Below are positions 62,166-64,000 of a stretch of 64,000 nt of DNA, piece by piece (position 1 is the stretch's first letter; each line of letters opens with the position of its first letter). The translations under genes and the position numbers were made by a program. Source of the DNA: a virus (taxonomy: Duplodnaviria; Caudoviricetes); the IMG/VR virus record IMGVR_UViG_644736328_000002, positions 1,355 through 65,354 of that record. One strand, written 5' to 3'. The notes below the pieces were generated by a model. That model saw only the letters and a program-made list of their open reading frames with translations, searched no databases and had not been told where the DNA came from.

Positions 62166-62304
62166 GAGCAACAATCATGGAAAAGAAATACGAACGACTA
62201 ATCTTATAGTATCTCTATAAGCCGTTTTTAACCACACAAACAACTTTTAACAGATGCGTGATTCACGCCACGGGTGGACTGTGCTCAAATAGGAGGAAAT
62301 CAAG

Positions 62305-63099
62305 ATGAGTGAACAAAATAATAATCTAATAGAAATTGAAGAAACACATCATTTAGCCGTCAAGCAAACTGCTATGGAACGTATTTTAAACAGAGCCTTA
62401 GAAAATGATGTCGATATGGACCGTCTCGAGCGTCTCATTGCCTTACGAGAAAAAGAAATAGAACGACAAAACTACGAAAGATTTGCCAGTGATCTTTCGA
62501 ATATGCAAATAGAATATCAAAAAATACAAAAAAACTCTACAAACACCCATACAAACAGCCAATATGCAACCCTTGACCAGTACATTGATGCTGTAAAAAA
62601 TACTCTTGCAAAACACAGATTTGCTTTGTTTTCTCGTATCAAAGAACAGAGTTCAGACAATATAATTATAGAAATGACTTTGACGCATCCGTCTGGAAAT
62701 AAAATCTCAACAGAAGGAAAGTTTCCTTATGACACGAAAGGATGCAAGTCAAATATACAATCGGTTGGTTCTGCAATCACATACGCACGCAGATATCTGT
62801 TAGGTATGCTTCTTAATGTCGTGAGTGAAGATGATGATACGGATGGGAACACACCTATTAAAAAGGCTTTTCCACAACAGATCAATGAAATCAGAAGACT
62901 CATCGTACAAACCCAAGCAGAAGAAGAAAAAATACTTGCTTATGTCGACGTCAAAAAGCTTGACGATATGTCTGAAGGACAAGCACAAACGGTATTGCAT
63001 CTTTTGAAAAAGAAACAAAACAAGCAAAAGGTGGAAACAGATTCTACTATACAAGATGCCGATATAGCAACGCCACAAGAGCAACAAACGGCGGTGTGA
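62305..63099 (+). CDS. ERF-family single-strand annealing protein
   Basis: 'YA.LD', 'H.SG', 'Q..GSAITYARRY.L..ML.V..EDDDTDG'. Confidence 0.9.
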   Translation: MSEQNNNLIEIEETHHLAVKQTAMERILNRALENDVDMDRLERLIALREKEIERQNYERFASDLSNMQIEYQKIQKNSTNTHTNSQYATLDQYIDAVKNTLAKHRFALFSRIKEQSSDNIIIEMTLTHPSGNKISTEGKFPYDTKGCKSNIQSVGSAITYARRYLLGMLLNVVSEDDDTDGNTPIKKAFPQQINEIRRLIVQTQAEEEKILAYVDVKKLDDMSEGQAQTVLHLLKKKQNKQKVETDSTIQDADIATPQEQQTAV

Positions 63100-63100
63100 G

Positions 63101-63724
63101 ATGAAACAAAGAACAGCAGAATGGTTTCAAGCGCGCTTGGGTAAAGTCACTGCTTCAAACGTTTACAACGTACTCAGTAAGACAGCAAAAGGTTTGCCTA
63201 CAAGCAAATATGAAGACTACAAAACGAAACTCATGATAGAACGCTTAATAGAGGGAATAAGCCAATCTTATACAACACCTGCTATGCAATGGGGCATTGA
63301 ACATGAAGAGAATGCCTTGAGAGAATATGAATTCATTTATGACACAGAAGTCACAAGATGCGGGTTTATCCCACACCCAAAAATGAAAATGGCGGGGGCA
63401 AGTCCTGATGGGTTCATTGGAGAGGACGGTTTAATCGAAGTCAAATGCCCACAATCAACCACGCATTTGCGCTTCTTTATATATGACGAAATCAAGCCTG
63501 AATATATCGCACAGATGCAATTCCAAATGGCGTGCACTGGACGAAAATGGTGTGATTTCATTAGCTATAATCCAAATTTTGTAGGCAAATCTACTGGTTT
63601 GAGAATGAAAGTCAAACGCGTCCTCCGTGATGAGAAACACATTGAAGAGATCAATAAAGCGGTCGAAATCTTTTTAGGGGAAATAGAACAAGAGATGCAA
63701 AAGATTTTGGCAAAAGCCGCTTAA
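63101..63724 (+). CDS. Lambda-exonuclease/YqaJ-family nuclease
   Basis: 'QRT.EWF.AR.G..TAS', 'M.WG..HE..A', 'GASPDG', 'EVKCP', 'Q.QFQM'. Confidence 0.93.
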   Translation: MKQRTAEWFQARLGKVTASNVYNVLSKTAKGLPTSKYEDYKTKLMIERLIEGISQSYTTPAMQWGIEHEENALREYEFIYDTEVTRCGFIPHPKMKMAGASPDGFIGEDGLIEVKCPQSTTHLRFFIYDEIKPEYIAQMQFQMACTGRKWCDFISYNPNFVGKSTGLRMKVKRVLRDEKHIEEINKAVEIFLGEIEQEMQKILAKAA

Positions 63725-63796
63725 ACCTATGGGGGTGCTCTCTCCTCCCAGCACCCCCGCCCATTTAATTAATATAAAAAAGAGAAAGGTAATGAG

Positions 63797-64000
63797 ATGA
63801 TATTTGATGATGGAGATAGATATGTAACGACACGTGAGTGTGCACAGCTTTTTAGTGTATCCACAACAACGATTCGCAATTGGGTGCTTCAGGGGGTGTT
63901 TCCGGAGCCATATAAGCTAGGGAGAGCAGTGAGATGGAGAAAAAAAGAGATCTTAGCCTTCACTCCAAAGAAAAATAAGGAGCAAATAAGAACAAATTAG
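63797..64000 (+). CDS. AlpA-like excisionase/recombination directionality factor
   Basis: 'Y.TT.E.A..F.VS.TTI..WV..G.FP.P.KLGR..RW...E'. Confidence 0.85.
   Translation: MIFDDGDRYVTTRECAQLFSVSTTTIRNWVLQGVFPEPYKLGRAVRWRKKEILAFTPKKNKEQIRTN

Larger units (their letters stand above)
17206..64000. mobile_element. Temperate prophage with lambda-like head and P2-like contractile tail; right end lies outside the window
   Basis: att plus integrase at left; lysis, tail, head, packaging, replication, immunity and recombination modules; AlpA-like gene at right. Confidence 0.93.

Overview
AT-rich (roughly 40% GC) alphaproteobacterial DNA. The protein families point to Bartonella, but this comes from recall, not a database search. 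The window is almost entirely phage-derived and holds two adjoining elements. (1) Bases 1-~17200 (+): the distal end of a podovirus-like/BaGTA-like structural operon, with ejection-type proteins, a lytic transglycosylase, three tail-collar paralogues, an Ala-rich fibre ending in an Mtd-like lectin domain, a lysis cassette and a Dam-like methylase. A 1411-bp tandem duplication affects the last two. (2) Bases ~17206 to beyond 64000: a temperate prophage with a tRNA-3'-end-like att core and a tyrosine integrase. Its late operon (-) has a lambda-like head, a P2-like contractile tail and a homologous lysis cassette; it also has replication and immunity regions and an early (+) ERF/exonuclease/AlpA operon. 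Morons are inserted at hotspots: four complete TA pairs, two orphan antitoxins and six antirepressor-type genes. The strongest non-obvious signal is three P1-C4-like antisense-RNA/antirepressor cassettes. In each, two recognition motifs co-vary at three positions, giving three apparently distinct specificities in one prophage whose CI-like repressor lacks an autocleavage domain. No complete tRNA/rRNA gene, CRISPR array or reverse transcriptase was seen.
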